From: a virus
Direction: 5' to 3' (one strand)
IMG/VR virus record: IMGVR_UViG_3300021356_000007
Location: 27,889-91,888 of that record
DNA length: 64,000 bases
Each line of letters starts with the position of its first letter. The stretch's first letter is position 1. This document shows positions 16,544-26,597 of the stretch, in pieces. Made by a program: the position numbers and the translations under genes. The notes under the pieces are model-generated. The model ran no database searches. It had not been told where the DNA came from and saw only the letters and a list, made by a program, of their open reading frames with translations.

Positions 16544-17077
16544 ATGACAGAAGAGATACACTTCGAGAAAGAAGCATGTGTACAATGCTTAGGTTGCTAC
16601 AACGAAGGGAGACTGAACTTCAAGTGGGTCAACGCTGAGTACATACAAGAGAACATCCAAGACCTGAACCCATGCAAGCGAGCCGACCATGAAGAATACA
16701 TGATGGCTGATACTAACTTTGGACTGACCCACAAGATGGGTGAGTACCCTGACTGGGAAGTAGTAGCACAGGTGATGGAACTGATTGAAGAACACGGAGA
16801 GCCGTTCAAAGTGTGGCTCACTTACTCAGACACAGACCACTTGGATGTCAGCGAACTTGCTGACATATTCATGGAAGAATATCGTGGCGAAATGTCTGAG
16901 AAAGATTACGCATACGAATACATAAATTCCATTTACTCACTTTCTGACCTCGACTACATCATTACAGGCAACATCGACTACGAGGGTGTGTGGATTGACC
17001 TCAGTCACGGACAACACTGGAGTCACACAACTGGCTCACCTAACTATAACACTTACATATTTGAGAGGCGATACTAA
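16544..17077 (+). CDS. ardA: ArdA-like antirestriction (DNA-mimic) protein
   Basis: VQCLGCYNEGRLNFKWV, EEYMMAD, EEYRGE, IDYEGVWIDL match the ArdA pattern; very acidic. Confidence 0.7.
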   Translation: MTEEIHFEKEACVQCLGCYNEGRLNFKWVNAEYIQENIQDLNPCKRADHEEYMMADTNFGLTHKMGEYPDWEVVAQVMELIEEHGEPFKVWLTYSDTDHLDVSELADIFMEEYRGEMSEKDYAYEYINSIYSLSDLDYIITGNIDYEGVWIDLSHGQHWSHTTGSPNYNTYIFERRY

Positions 17078-17484
17078 TGGGAATAGAAAATTGGAACATG
17101 TACGAAATGGAAGAGAGAGAACTATGGACACCGAGGTTCGGAGGTAACCTAGCAGAGTTCATAAGAAGAATGGTTGAGCAAGAGGGCTTCACACTTGGTA
17201 ACCTCTTCCCTTTTTACGAGGGCAGACATCACAACATCATCGAGGGGAAAGGTATTGCTCTTGATGACTACGAAGAGATTGCTTACCAAGCACTGAACTA
17301 TGAACACACTAACCTTGACTTCGAGAAAGAAGGACACGGACAGACTGTATCAATCATGTGCAGTGGAGATGCTTGGTGCGATGTAGTTCCTATCAACGAC
17401 TGGTCGTTCAAGAGAGACAAAGAAGATGTGGTTGACAGAGTGTACAACACAATGAGAAAAGAAATCATGGGAGATGAGGCTTGA
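17077..17484 (+). CDS. Hypothetical acidic early protein
   Basis: TAATG-coupled ORF. Confidence 0.65.
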   Translation: MGIENWNMYEMEERELWTPRFGGNLAEFIRRMVEQEGFTLGNLFPFYEGRHHNIIEGKGIALDDYEEIAYQALNYEHTNLDFEKEGHGQTVSIMCSGDAWCDVVPINDWSFKRDKEDVVDRVYNTMRKEIMGDEA

Positions 17485-17698
17485 TGGCGTTGCCTCCCGA
17501 TGGCGACCCAATAGACCCCCATGCTTTACCGAGAACTATTGTACAACAAATTACATCTGCTATTTATGAGATTGAATTTAGGAATGACACGGAACTAGGA
17601 CTGGTTAAGTTATACCGCTTACTCAGACACATGGAAGACCCTGAAAATTACTAAGGTGATACTATGACATGGAAAGATAAAGCAATGGAGATGATTGA

Positions 17699-17995
17699 AT
17701 GAACAAAGAAGAACTAATAGAAATACTACAAAGTAACTACGATGATGAAGCACCCGTTGAGGTGAACGATGAACTGTGGACACTCGCTGACTTGTTCGCA
17801 CGACAGTACCTGAACAATGGCGGGGATGGATTTCACATGACAGATGTCAGAGCGATGTATGTATTGTTGTGCAAGAACAAAGAATTGCTTCTTGATAACA
17901 ACATGATAAGTGAATCGGCAAGTAACAATTCAGGCTATCCTCTTTGGGATAACTTTGACTTTGACTCATACTACCGAGAGGAGATGATTGAATGA
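17699..17995 (+). CDS. Hypothetical early protein
   Basis: ORF with GGAG RBS. Confidence 0.6.
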   Translation: MNKEELIEILQSNYDDEAPVEVNDELWTLADLFARQYLNNGGDGFHMTDVRAMYVLLCKNKELLLDNNMISESASNNSGYPLWDNFDFDSYYREEMIE

Positions 17996-18600
17996 ACAAA
18001 CTAACACAACACGAACAAGAAGCAATTGACTGGTGGAATGAAAAACTATCCGAACAAGAGTACCCCTCTGACTACGGGGGAGAGGACTACTGGAAAGATG
18101 ACGGATGGATTCTTGCTACCTCTTGGAATCCTTCATTGGGTAAAGTAAATGAGATAGCATTCGATTTATTCAAGCAAGACTTAGAAGAAGAAGAACCTGA
18201 CAACATTGAGCAAGTTAGGTTCAAGCACTGGGCTTGTGGCTATGTGCTACAACTGAATGTCAGACCCATCGTTAACAATAGACTAACCAAAGTCGGAGAG
18301 ATGGTGTACGATTACAGCATCAACGATGGCTCGATGGATTACTTTGACTTAGCATACGAGGATGAAAGATACTACGAATGGTGTGCAGAAATGATGAGAG
18401 ACTATGTTGAGTGGGAACTCAGAGATGAAGAAGAGTTCGATGACTTGACTGACGAACAATACGAATTGATTACTACCGCACTTGAGCATGAAGAACCCTA
18501 CGCTACTGTTGAGTATGATGGTAGTGTATACATAAGTGACAGAAACTTTGACCTAATCACATTCGCAAGAGAGATACTAGCAAAGGAGGAAGAAGAATGA
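17992..18600 (+). CDS. Very acidic early protein
   Basis: D/E-rich 202-aa ORF; RFKHWACGYV motif. Confidence 0.7.
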   Translation: MNKLTQHEQEAIDWWNEKLSEQEYPSDYGGEDYWKDDGWILATSWNPSLGKVNEIAFDLFKQDLEEEEPDNIEQVRFKHWACGYVLQLNVRPIVNNRLTKVGEMVYDYSINDGSMDYFDLAYEDERYYEWCAEMMRDYVEWELRDEEEFDDLTDEQYELITTALEHEEPYATVEYDGSVYISDRNFDLITFAREILAKEEEE

Positions 18601-18887
18601 AAGAAGAAACAAGAAAGAAATTAGAATACATCGAGAAACAGAAAGAAAAATATCGAAAGTACAGCAAAGAACGATTGATAGAAATGGCCCTAAGTGCTGG
18701 TGCTCTTTGGGAAATCGCAGACAACTGGGGCATGTGTGAAGATGACTATACCATGCACGACCTATACGAAAAACTTGACGAGCGTTATGCTTGGGATGAT
18801 GGTTGGGATGGAAGCAGAATTATTCTCAAAGAACTATACACATACACAGAAGAAGATGGATGGATAAGAAAGGAGGAAGAAGAATGA
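18597..18887 (+). CDS. Hypothetical early protein
   Basis: ATGA-coupled ORF. Confidence 0.6.
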   Translation: MKEETRKKLEYIEKQKEKYRKYSKERLIEMALSAGALWEIADNWGMCEDDYTMHDLYEKLDERYAWDDGWDGSRIILKELYTYTEEDGWIRKEEEE

Positions 18888-19013
18888 GCAAGAAAGAAGA
18901 ACAACTGAACGCACTAATGATTGACACCGCAGGAACTGAACCACTAACTCAGGGGGAGTGGATGAGCGCAGTGAATATCATCATGCGAATAATGAAACAA
19001 GAGGACTGAACTG

Positions 19014-19038
19014 AACTGGTTATAAAGAAACAATAAAG
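19014..19038 (+). promoter_or_regulatory. Early promoter copy 4
   Basis: Exact AACTGGTTATAAAGAAACAATAAAG. Confidence 0.85.
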
Positions 19039-19055
19039 AGAATGGAGAGATTGAA

Positions 19056-19706
19056 ATGATGAAGAAATGGATTAAGAGAATGATTACAGAACTACTGGAT
19101 GAGAAAGAAACTATTGAGCAAGTCGCAGAGCATATCAGTGACAAGGTTACTGATGCTTGTGTTGCTTCTATGAGTGCACAAGATGTGGCTCATGAGATGG
19201 ACTACTCAGAAGTTGCCGAACACATTAGTACTAGCGACATCGCTAGTGACTTGGCATACGACATTGATGCTGGAGAAGTTGCAGAAAACATATCACTGGA
19301 TGACCTAGCATACCACTTAGACAACGATGAGATAGCAGACTACCTTGACAAAGCAGAGGTAGCAGAAAGTATCAGACTTGACGACTTGGCTGGTGCAATT
19401 GATTACAGGAACTTAGCAGATTACATAGACTCAGACGACATCGAAGTTGACTTGCATGACTTACAAAGTCACATTGACATGAGTGAATTGGGTGAGTACA
19501 CTGCCGACCACATTGATTACGAGTCAGTGGTTGGTGCTATGGATGACACCGCACTTTACAATCAATTGAGAGATGCGTTTGAGACTGACATCGAGCAACT
19601 TCACATCGAACTAAATAAGAAAATGAAATCACTCATTCACTGCTTCGAGTCTATAGAACTAGCAGTGACAGAGATGAGAATGACACTAGGGAGTGAAGAG
19701 GAATGA
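19056..19706 (+). CDS. Acidic 9-residue tandem-repeat protein
   Basis: YSEVAEHIS / AGEVAENIS / LDDLAYHLD / NDEIADYLD / KAEVAESIR / LDDLAGAID / YRNLADYID. Confidence 0.75.
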   Translation: MMKKWIKRMITELLDEKETIEQVAEHISDKVTDACVASMSAQDVAHEMDYSEVAEHISTSDIASDLAYDIDAGEVAENISLDDLAYHLDNDEIADYLDKAEVAESIRLDDLAGAIDYRNLADYIDSDDIEVDLHDLQSHIDMSELGEYTADHIDYESVVGAMDDTALYNQLRDAFETDIEQLHIELNKKMKSLIHCFESIELAVTEMRMTLGSEEE

Positions 19707-19931
19707 GTATACTACCACTCATCAAATACATAATGACAGGAGAGATACCTGAAGAACAAACAGAGGAGGAATGAATATGACAGAGAACACAAAGGACTGG
19801 AAAAAATACGAGAAGAAATACAACTGTACAAGGAATCAGTATAGGCGAATCGTCAACGGTGCGCCATACCAACTTGAACTTGATGGACCGTATGAAGAGT
19901 ACACCGCACGAAAGGAACTGATTGGAAAGGA

Positions 19932-20918
19932 ATGAACATGGGACAGACAGAATGGAAATACAGAAGAGACCTAGCACCCAAGATTAAATGGGTGAAGACT
20001 GCTGGGCAATTGAAGTTCAAGGGTGCTGAGGCATATGACAAACAGATGCTCAAGAAACTCAAGGCTGGAGATAATCATTGGGAGAAACTCAGTCTCGACC
20101 AACTAGAAGAACTAAAGCAATGGGCTTTAGAGAAAAGAAAATACATTTGGACTGACAACAGAAACGCAAGTTCTTATTCTAGTTACCCACAGTACATGAT
20201 AGCACTAGAACCTAACATCAAACTGTCAGGGCGTTTCAAAGGTAAAAAGAATACTTTGTGCAGAAGACAGTTCAACATCGAGGAACACCTACACACGAGG
20301 ACTACTACATACAATTGGTCGTATCGCAATACTGAAGACAAAACCACTGTGAGTGTTTACAGAGGACTGTTCGATTACATAGACGACAGACTTGAGGAAG
20401 GTGAGGACTCTGTGTTCAAAGCCAATGTCGCTGAGAGAGTCAGACAAATGAATGTGAAGTACAAGGAGAATGTACAAGCAAGAGGCAGGGTCGGCATACC
20501 CGAAGAGCAAGCGACCAAATCTTACATCCTCAGACAAATGCTTGAGACAGTAAAGAGTGAAGCCATCGGAGGAAGTCAGTCATTCACTCGGAGTAATTAC
20601 ACTAGAGGACTAGACAGGGAAAACGATAAGGGTGGATGGAATGAAACTGTTATCCTGAGAGTCACACCTGCGTCAGACGAAGGGATTGCAGACGCACTGT
20701 ACGGTGCAGTCAATGGGACTCGTTATGATGCCATTGGCTTCAGTGACGAAGTGGAAGAGTTCGCTAAGGACATTATCATCAAGCAACACCTCACTGACTA
20801 CACCAATCGTATCAGGCTACAAGAGCAAGCATCTCAAAACTGGTGCGAAGTTATGACACAGTTAGAGACGGCACTGAAAGAAATGCTAGACGGAGTAGAG
20901 GAGTCGTGGAAAATATGA
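19932..20918 (+). CDS. Hypothetical early protein (basic N-half)
   Basis: 328-aa ORF. Confidence 0.7.
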   Translation: MNMGQTEWKYRRDLAPKIKWVKTAGQLKFKGAEAYDKQMLKKLKAGDNHWEKLSLDQLEELKQWALEKRKYIWTDNRNASSYSSYPQYMIALEPNIKLSGRFKGKKNTLCRRQFNIEEHLHTRTTTYNWSYRNTEDKTTVSVYRGLFDYIDDRLEEGEDSVFKANVAERVRQMNVKYKENVQARGRVGIPEEQATKSYILRQMLETVKSEAIGGSQSFTRSNYTRGLDRENDKGGWNETVILRVTPASDEGIADALYGAVNGTRYDAIGFSDEVEEFAKDIIIKQHLTDYTNRIRLQEQASQNWCEVMTQLETALKEMLDGVEESWKI

Positions 20919-21175
20919 ACACAGACAAAGAATCAGTGTGGATTACTGACGAGGAACTATTGCACAACGCTCGTATAGACATAGAGAATCAGATAGATAA
21001 CGGACTGATGTATGTGATTGGAGAAGAACCTGAACCATTCAATGACGGAGATAATCTACACACAATAGTTACTGCTCATGCTCAGTATCAAAAAGATGAG
21101 GGCAGAGCGCACAAGATATTGTGGGAGATGTTCAGGAAAGAATACCCTCAATACTTAGGGGAGGCAATCGAATGA
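20915..21175 (+). CDS. Small hypothetical protein (MNTDK start)
   Basis: ATGA-coupled ORF. Confidence 0.6.
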   Translation: MNTDKESVWITDEELLHNARIDIENQIDNGLMYVIGEEPEPFNDGDNLHTIVTAHAQYQKDEGRAHKILWEMFRKEYPQYLGEAIE

Positions 21176-21272
21176 ACACAATCCAAACAAGACATGGAAA
21201 AGCAACTCTCATTTGTATCGCTGAGAGTGAAGACGGACAAACCGAAATGATACTACAACTGGAGGAATAAAC

Positions 21273-21953
21273 ATGCCACTAACAATAGGGATAACATTGG
21301 AGAAAGCAAACGAAAACGGAATAACAGAAACAGAAAGAATGATAGCGAACTCATTTGAGTTCGGCATTGTCTGTATGCACGCTGGTGTATGCAAACTAGA
21401 AGGTACATACTACGGTACTAACTACAAGAAAAGACCTATCACTATTGATGAGGTACTTGAGAGATTCACTGTCGTGGAGAATGAGTTCAAGGTTCTTGAG
21501 CAAACACACAGAGGAGAAGGTGATGAGAAAATCAATGGGAAAGATTTCATCTTGAACAAGGACAACCTCATCAGGCTACACAATGCTGGCTGGGAATGCA
21601 ACGCTGGCTGGAAGTCAAGTGAGGAATTCATTTGGCACATGGGTAGGTTGGCTGTGGAGAATGTGTTCAAGAACACTGAGCATCTAGGCTACGAACAAAC
21701 CTATGACACATACGATGACTACCTGAAAAGAAAGAGAGTACCTGCTCATGTTGTAGGTATGCTATTGACTGGTGAGAAGAAAATGTTCTTCGACACTGAC
21801 AAGGAATTCGCTGAAATGATTATCGAAGAAGGTAACATGTACGACCAGTACTGGAACAAGTCATTCTATCAAGATGCTAATGGTACTGACTGGTACTTGC
21901 ACTGGCACGATGATGGTACATTCACAATCGACACAAGTAAACAGGAGGAATGA
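21273..21953 (+). CDS. Hypothetical early protein
   Basis: 226-aa ORF, GGAGG RBS. Confidence 0.7.
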   Translation: MPLTIGITLEKANENGITETERMIANSFEFGIVCMHAGVCKLEGTYYGTNYKKRPITIDEVLERFTVVENEFKVLEQTHRGEGDEKINGKDFILNKDNLIRLHNAGWECNAGWKSSEEFIWHMGRLAVENVFKNTEHLGYEQTYDTYDDYLKRKRVPAHVVGMLLTGEKKMFFDTDKEFAEMIIEEGNMYDQYWNKSFYQDANGTDWYLHWHDDGTFTIDTSKQEE

Positions 21954-22207
21954 ATATGGGAGGCGCATGGAGAAACATGGTAAGAGTAGCCTGTTATGTT
22001 TCCATAGACATCTATGATTGGGGTAAGAATGAGATAGAGTTAATGGTAGAAGATATACGGTGTGTAGAAACTGTAGTTGATTTCTTGAGAGCATATCAAA
22101 GCACATTTGGTGTTGATATGAAAGATAAAATCGAATGGGCTTTCTTAGCCGATATAAAGATACAAGAGGAATACTATGCTTCGAAAGAAAAGGAGGAGGA
22201 AGAATGA
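21950..22207 (+). CDS. Small hypothetical protein
   Basis: ATGA-coupled ORF. Confidence 0.55.
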   Translation: MNMGGAWRNMVRVACYVSIDIYDWGKNEIELMVEDIRCVETVVDFLRAYQSTFGVDMKDKIEWAFLADIKIQEEYYASKEKEEEE

Positions 22208-22632
22208 GAGCCTTCCCCTACTCAAAACACAGGAGAACGGTTGAGATTTCTAACCACCAATATGTACTCAAGCAACTCATGAACAAGTTCAAACTAACTG
22301 ACTATCAGATAGTCAGGTACGAAGATGAGGACTGGATAGAAGTCAAAGAGTCGCAAGGTGCATACGAATTCATACAACAGTGCATGAAGGCAGAGGAACA
22401 ATACCCTGTCCTAAATGATATGCACTACGCAGAACTTGAGTGGGCTGGAATCGTTGACGCTATGCGTAGCAGGGCGAAGTCATTGGGCACTATCATCGTC
22501 TCCATCGAGGACTTCCATGACGCACTAATAGACCACTCTATCGAGATAATAGAGGACACCCCACAGAAGTACATTGTACTATGTGGTGACGACACCTTCC
22601 TGAAAATACTGAACGGAGATGAAGAAGAATGA
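22204..22632 (+). CDS. Hypothetical protein
   Basis: Start at MRAFPY by ATGA coupling; YPVLNDMHYAELE motif. Confidence 0.65.
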   Translation: MRAFPYSKHRRTVEISNHQYVLKQLMNKFKLTDYQIVRYEDEDWIEVKESQGAYEFIQQCMKAEEQYPVLNDMHYAELEWAGIVDAMRSRAKSLGTIIVSIEDFHDALIDHSIEIIEDTPQKYIVLCGDDTFLKILNGDEEE

Positions 22633-22868
22633 ATGATGCTGAAAAGGAATTAGTTGAAAGGTTGTTCGCAGAAGTCGAAAGACTGCAAGCAATAGTCGAA
22701 GAAGATAACGAAGTGCTGAGGAATTCGATAGATACTATCGCAGAACTGCGTATTCAGAACAGGCGACTGCGTTCAATTGCAGATGACTTGTATGCTTACA
22801 TTGTAAGTGATGCAGATATTTCACTAAAGGTGATTGAAGAACAGATGGACTGGAGGGAAGAAGAATGA
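22629..22868 (+). CDS. Small coiled-coil protein (LFAEVERL block)
   Basis: ATGA-coupled ORF. Confidence 0.6.
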   Translation: MNDAEKELVERLFAEVERLQAIVEEDNEVLRNSIDTIAELRIQNRRLRSIADDLYAYIVSDADISLKVIEEQMDWREEE

Positions 22869-23092
22869 TTGACACAGACAAATTGATAAATTGGTTGAGA
22901 GAATATCTGGACTTATTAGAGAAAGAAGTCAAGGGGTTGCGTAGAGATAGGGACTTGTTATGGGATGCTATACGCTTTGCAGGAACAGGCGGTAATCAAG
23001 AAGAAGAAATCGCTTTTTGGCATGAGAAACTTCTCAATATGAATGAAGCCGAATTGAAAAAGGCTCTCAAAGAACACTACGGGGATGATTGA
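22865..23092 (+). CDS. MIDTDK-family small protein
   Basis: Shares N-terminus with 23093, 23338 and 25069. Confidence 0.65.
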   Translation: MIDTDKLINWLREYLDLLEKEVKGLRRDRDLLWDAIRFAGTGGNQEEEIAFWHEKLLNMNEAELKKALKEHYGDD

Positions 23093-23341
23093 ATGATTGA
23101 CACAGACAAATACGAAGGACTCACACATGACGAAGCGTTAGAAGTTTGGAACACAAAAGGCATACCTATGGGTAGGTGCGATTATTGTTTGGGCTTCTTT
23201 CCTATGACACATTTCAATTCATTGAATGCACAAAAGCACATCACTTTTCAAGACGAGATTTGCGTTAAGTGCTTTGAAGAAAAGAAAAGAACAGGCGGTT
23301 ATTCTAAAGAACAATTGAAACTATGGGGTGAAGAAGAATGA
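23093..23341 (+). CDS. MIDTDK-family small protein with CxxC..CxxC Zn finger
   Basis: MIDTDKYEG...CDYC...CVKC. Confidence 0.65.
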   Translation: MIDTDKYEGLTHDEALEVWNTKGIPMGRCDYCLGFFPMTHFNSLNAQKHITFQDEICVKCFEEKKRTGGYSKEQLKLWGEEE

Positions 23342-23619
23342 TTGACACAGACAAATACGAAAGGATGAGACTACTGTTCCTTGACTTCATTGATACTGCT
23401 TCTGATGAAGTAGACGAGGAAGCATGGAAAGACAAACTAACAGCACTCGATGAACTACTCGCAGAAGTCAAGCGACTACAAAAGAAAGTCAGGAAACTCA
23501 ACTGGGTACTAACCGACCTTGATGAAAAGATACGGAACTACGAAAGTCATGTTGAACTCATGAAGGCATTTGAGCAAGGGCTAGAGTTACCTGAGACTTG
23601 GAAGGAGATGGTCGAATGA
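23338..23619 (+). CDS. MIDTDK-family coiled-coil protein
   Basis: MIDTDKYE...LLAEVKRLQ. Confidence 0.65.
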   Translation: MIDTDKYERMRLLFLDFIDTASDEVDEEAWKDKLTALDELLAEVKRLQKKVRKLNWVLTDLDEKIRNYESHVELMKAFEQGLELPETWKEMVE

Positions 23620-23784
23620 CTGAGAAACACTGTGCTTACTGCGAAGAAGTAATTCAAGGGGAAGCAACGATGACTACATACGGAACACCGTATCATCACT
23701 ACTGCGCTGACAAATTGATTGAAATGAAGCATCGAGGCTACGATGGTCTTGACGAAGAAGATATTGCATATTGGGGTGATTAAA

Positions 23785-24075
23785 ATGACCGACAAACCCG
23801 AATGGGCTGAATGCACCAAAGAAGAAGATTACCACAGATACATGTCCGACTGGAAGGATGTAATAGTTATGCACTTGATTGGTGGCTACGGTGTTCTTGA
23901 ATGGCAGTATTATCAACACATGGTTAACCATGCAGGATGGTGTCCTGTTTGTTTAAGACCCGATGATGGTGATGGTAGTTCGAAGTATTGGCAAGGCAGA
24001 ACACTGGGTAAAGACGAAGATGGTAACTACGAATGTTTTTACTGCGATGAAAGAGAGGTGAATGAAAATGATTGA
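23785..24075 (+). CDS. Small Zn-finger protein
   Basis: CPVC...CFYC; GGGGTGA RBS. Confidence 0.6.
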   Translation: MTDKPEWAECTKEEDYHRYMSDWKDVIVMHLIGGYGVLEWQYYQHMVNHAGWCPVCLRPDDGDGSSKYWQGRTLGKDEDGNYECFYCDEREVNEND

Positions 24076-24430
24076 ATGTAATTTAACAAGAGAAGAATTG
24101 ATTGACGAGTGTTTGAGACTATGGGAAGGGATAGACTATCTAATGCGCTATGCACCGAATACTATTGGAGTCAATGTCAAATACGGATGGAGAGTATCGG
24201 AATGCTTACAGCGTGATAAGTTTGTGGAAGAAGGCGGTGAAGATATTCTTTACGGTGATGTATACGAGCAAAAACACACTAGCGACTTTGCGCCTGAATC
24301 TATGCAAGAAAGATATGCAACACTTCCCCCAAGAGATTTCTTTTGGAAAAGATTAGAGAAAGCGATAGACGAAAGCGCAAGGCTAGGAAAGAAACGATGG
24401 GAAAAAGCAAGAAAGGAGATAGAAGAATGA
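24062..24430 (+). CDS. Hypothetical protein
   Basis: GAGGTGA RBS. Confidence 0.6.
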   Translation: MKMIECNLTREELIDECLRLWEGIDYLMRYAPNTIGVNVKYGWRVSECLQRDKFVEEGGEDILYGDVYEQKHTSDFAPESMQERYATLPPRDFFWKRLEKAIDESARLGKKRWEKARKEIEE

Positions 24431-24666
24431 TTGACGATAGCAAATTCACATACGAAAAGGACTGGACTGAAATCTTTCAATTGCTAGAGTTCGCTGAGGC
24501 TGAAAGAGCGAAGCACAAGAGATTAATTCATGACAAGGACACTACGATGAAAGACAGAGCCAAACACATGAGAGATTACAAGGGGTTGCAGGGTGTCTGC
24601 TATTCACTTAGATGGGTGATGGGCGACCCACAAATCAGCCTAAACAAAGTACTAGGGAGAGAATGA
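24427..24666 (+). CDS. Small hypothetical protein (MIDDSK start; SLRWVMG motif)
   Basis: ATGA-coupled ORF. Confidence 0.6.
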   Translation: MIDDSKFTYEKDWTEIFQLLEFAEAERAKHKRLIHDKDTTMKDRAKHMRDYKGLQGVCYSLRWVMGDPQISLNKVLGRE

Positions 24667-25064
24667 AAATGGAAAAAGAGAGTATGTATTTCATATTTGC
24701 AGATGGAAAAGACCACATAATAGCAGAAGGCGAGGAAGAAGAACACTATGTCACTATGACATGGCATCTTCCTTATTCCGAGATTAGGGATTATGTGAAT
24801 GAATGGACTGATAGTTTGAGGGAAGACCAAGAATGGAGGCGTAGCCCTTATGAGATTGCCCACAAATTCGCATACGGCAAGTGGGAAGATGAACCCTACG
24901 GTATGAATTGGGCTGAATGCGTAAAGGATGCAATAATTAGTCGTCTTAGAACATCCGATGGTTACTCAACAAGTGTTACCTATGATTTGAACGAACCAAT
25001 GACAAAAGCGGAGATAAGGTCATTCCTCACAGGAATTGATGAAAGGTATCTAACTAGGAGATGA
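24663..25064 (+). CDS. Hypothetical protein
   Basis: ATGA-coupled ORF. Confidence 0.6.
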   Translation: MKMEKESMYFIFADGKDHIIAEGEEEEHYVTMTWHLPYSEIRDYVNEWTDSLREDQEWRRSPYEIAHKFAYGKWEDEPYGMNWAECVKDAIISRLRTSDGYSTSVTYDLNEPMTKAEIRSFLTGIDERYLTRR

Positions 25065-25068
25065 AAGA

Positions 25069-25368
25069 ATGATTGACACAGATAAATACGAAGGACACTT
25101 GATAGACAAAGCAGTAGAGGACAACTCACAAGTTTGGGTTTGGAAGAATTGGATGCTCAAGAATGCTGAAACGATTGAACAACACAGGGCTACCTCCGCA
25201 CTACTGAATGACGCACCACTTCTCTTAGAAGAAGTCAAGCGGTTGTGTAAAGGTATTTGTGGCATTTTATCGGACTATGACATTACTGAACTTATCCGTG
25301 ATGTTCCCGAAGAGGAATGGAACTTTGAGCAACGAGCATTAGTGCGAATGAAGGAGTTGATTGAATGA
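25069..25368 (+). CDS. MIDTDK-family small protein
   Basis: MIDTDKYEG...APLLLEEVKRL. Confidence 0.65.
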   Translation: MIDTDKYEGHLIDKAVEDNSQVWVWKNWMLKNAETIEQHRATSALLNDAPLLLEEVKRLCKGICGILSDYDITELIRDVPEEEWNFEQRALVRMKELIE

Positions 25369-25380
25369 CTGACAAATCCA

Positions 25381-25405
25381 AACTGGTTATAAAGAAACAA
25401 TAAAG
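25381..25405 (+). promoter_or_regulatory. Early promoter copy 5
   Basis: Exact AACTGGTTATAAAGAAACAATAAAG. Confidence 0.85.
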
Positions 25406-25421
25406 ATAATGAGGGAGACAA

Positions 25422-25811
25422 ATGACAACGACAAAGAATACACTTAGAAAAGAACTCCGTAAGATACAGGAGAAGATGGAACTACTATCGGATTTCGAGA
25501 GTTACAATTTCGAACACAAGACTTGCGAAAACAACGAACATGAATGGGCAAACCCTGAAGTCATATCGCACGAGGCAGGTTGTATCAAAACAAGTGATAC
25601 TTGCAGACTTTGTGGCGTGACGACCATCAGGATATACAACCTAGACAAAGTCGTATACGAAGATGACTACGAGGAATTCAGAGACGAATCCCTCGACCAA
25701 GAAACCACAGAAACAGATGACAAACCTACACTTCCACTGGAGAAAACCAGCCAAAGCGATGGCACATACAAAGTGGATGTTGCTAGTATTTTAGGGAGAG
25801 ATGAAGAATGA
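25422..25811 (+). CDS. Hypothetical protein (C/H Zn motif, acidic tail)
   Basis: ORF directly after promoter. Confidence 0.65.
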   Translation: MTTTKNTLRKELRKIQEKMELLSDFESYNFEHKTCENNEHEWANPEVISHEAGCIKTSDTCRLCGVTTIRIYNLDKVVYEDDYEEFRDESLDQETTETDDKPTLPLEKTSQSDGTYKVDVASILGRDEE

Positions 25812-26008
25812 ATGAGAAGGAACAAGAGTTACGGGAAATAGAGGAACTGGCTAAGTTGGCTGATGAAGTAGAAGGAATGGTAAGCCATCTCCTAGAAGAG
25901 ATGAGACATCATGACTTCCAAGAGCCACACGGCTGGCTGTCACAGATAGTCCACGAACTGAGGACAGAGATTGAACAGAAGCACAAAGAACTGGAGGCGA
26001 AAGAATGA
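25808..26008 (+). CDS. Small helical protein
   Basis: ATGA-coupled ORF. Confidence 0.55.
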   Translation: MNEKEQELREIEELAKLADEVEGMVSHLLEEMRHHDFQEPHGWLSQIVHELRTEIEQKHKELEAKE

Positions 26009-26180
26009 GACAACTAGCAAGAGGGGCGGCAAGCATCCGTATGGAACTCACAGATGGACAACTATTAGTATTCCACGGTGATGACGGTATCAAGTTACAT
26101 CAAAGACCAATCTACGAAGGAGAGTGGGATGAACTTTGGAACTGGATAAGAACTACACCGGAAGAACTGGAGGCGAAAGA

Positions 26181-26597
26181 ATGAGGCAACTAATTAGCAT
26201 AGACGAAATACAAAGACTCGGATTGACAAAGGAGATGATACCGCCACAGAAAGGGTATCAACTGGATGCAATGTATGCCTTTGACTTGAGCGAAACTCAG
26301 CGAAACGGCAAGAGAGATGAACTGCTTGAGGATGGCTATACTGAGGAACAGATAGTATGGGAAGTAGTCGAAGGTAACACACTCCTTTGGCTACCTATTG
26401 ACCCTGACAGAAAATACAGGAACATCAGACTCACTTTCACGAACGACTCATACTCATCCTGCGCCCTGCCGTGGGAGACAGATACGACACTCTACGATAT
26501 TGCTTACTGGAATGAAAGTGAGGAAGACATCAGTTACCTCATCGGACAACTGGAAGAGGCTTGTGCAGAAATAGTGAAGAAATGGAATGGTGAATAA
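26181..26597 (+). CDS. Hypothetical acidic protein
   Basis: GGAGG RBS before MRQLIS. Confidence 0.6.
   Translation: MRQLISIDEIQRLGLTKEMIPPQKGYQLDAMYAFDLSETQRNGKRDELLEDGYTEEQIVWEVVEGNTLLWLPIDPDRKYRNIRLTFTNDSYSSCALPWETDTTLYDIAYWNESEEDISYLIGQLEEACAEIVKKWNGE

Noticed and set aside
22629-25368. Diversity-generating retroelement as the cause of the MIDTDK repeats
   Set aside because: No reverse transcriptase in the window and no template/variable repeat pair with adenine-specific differences.
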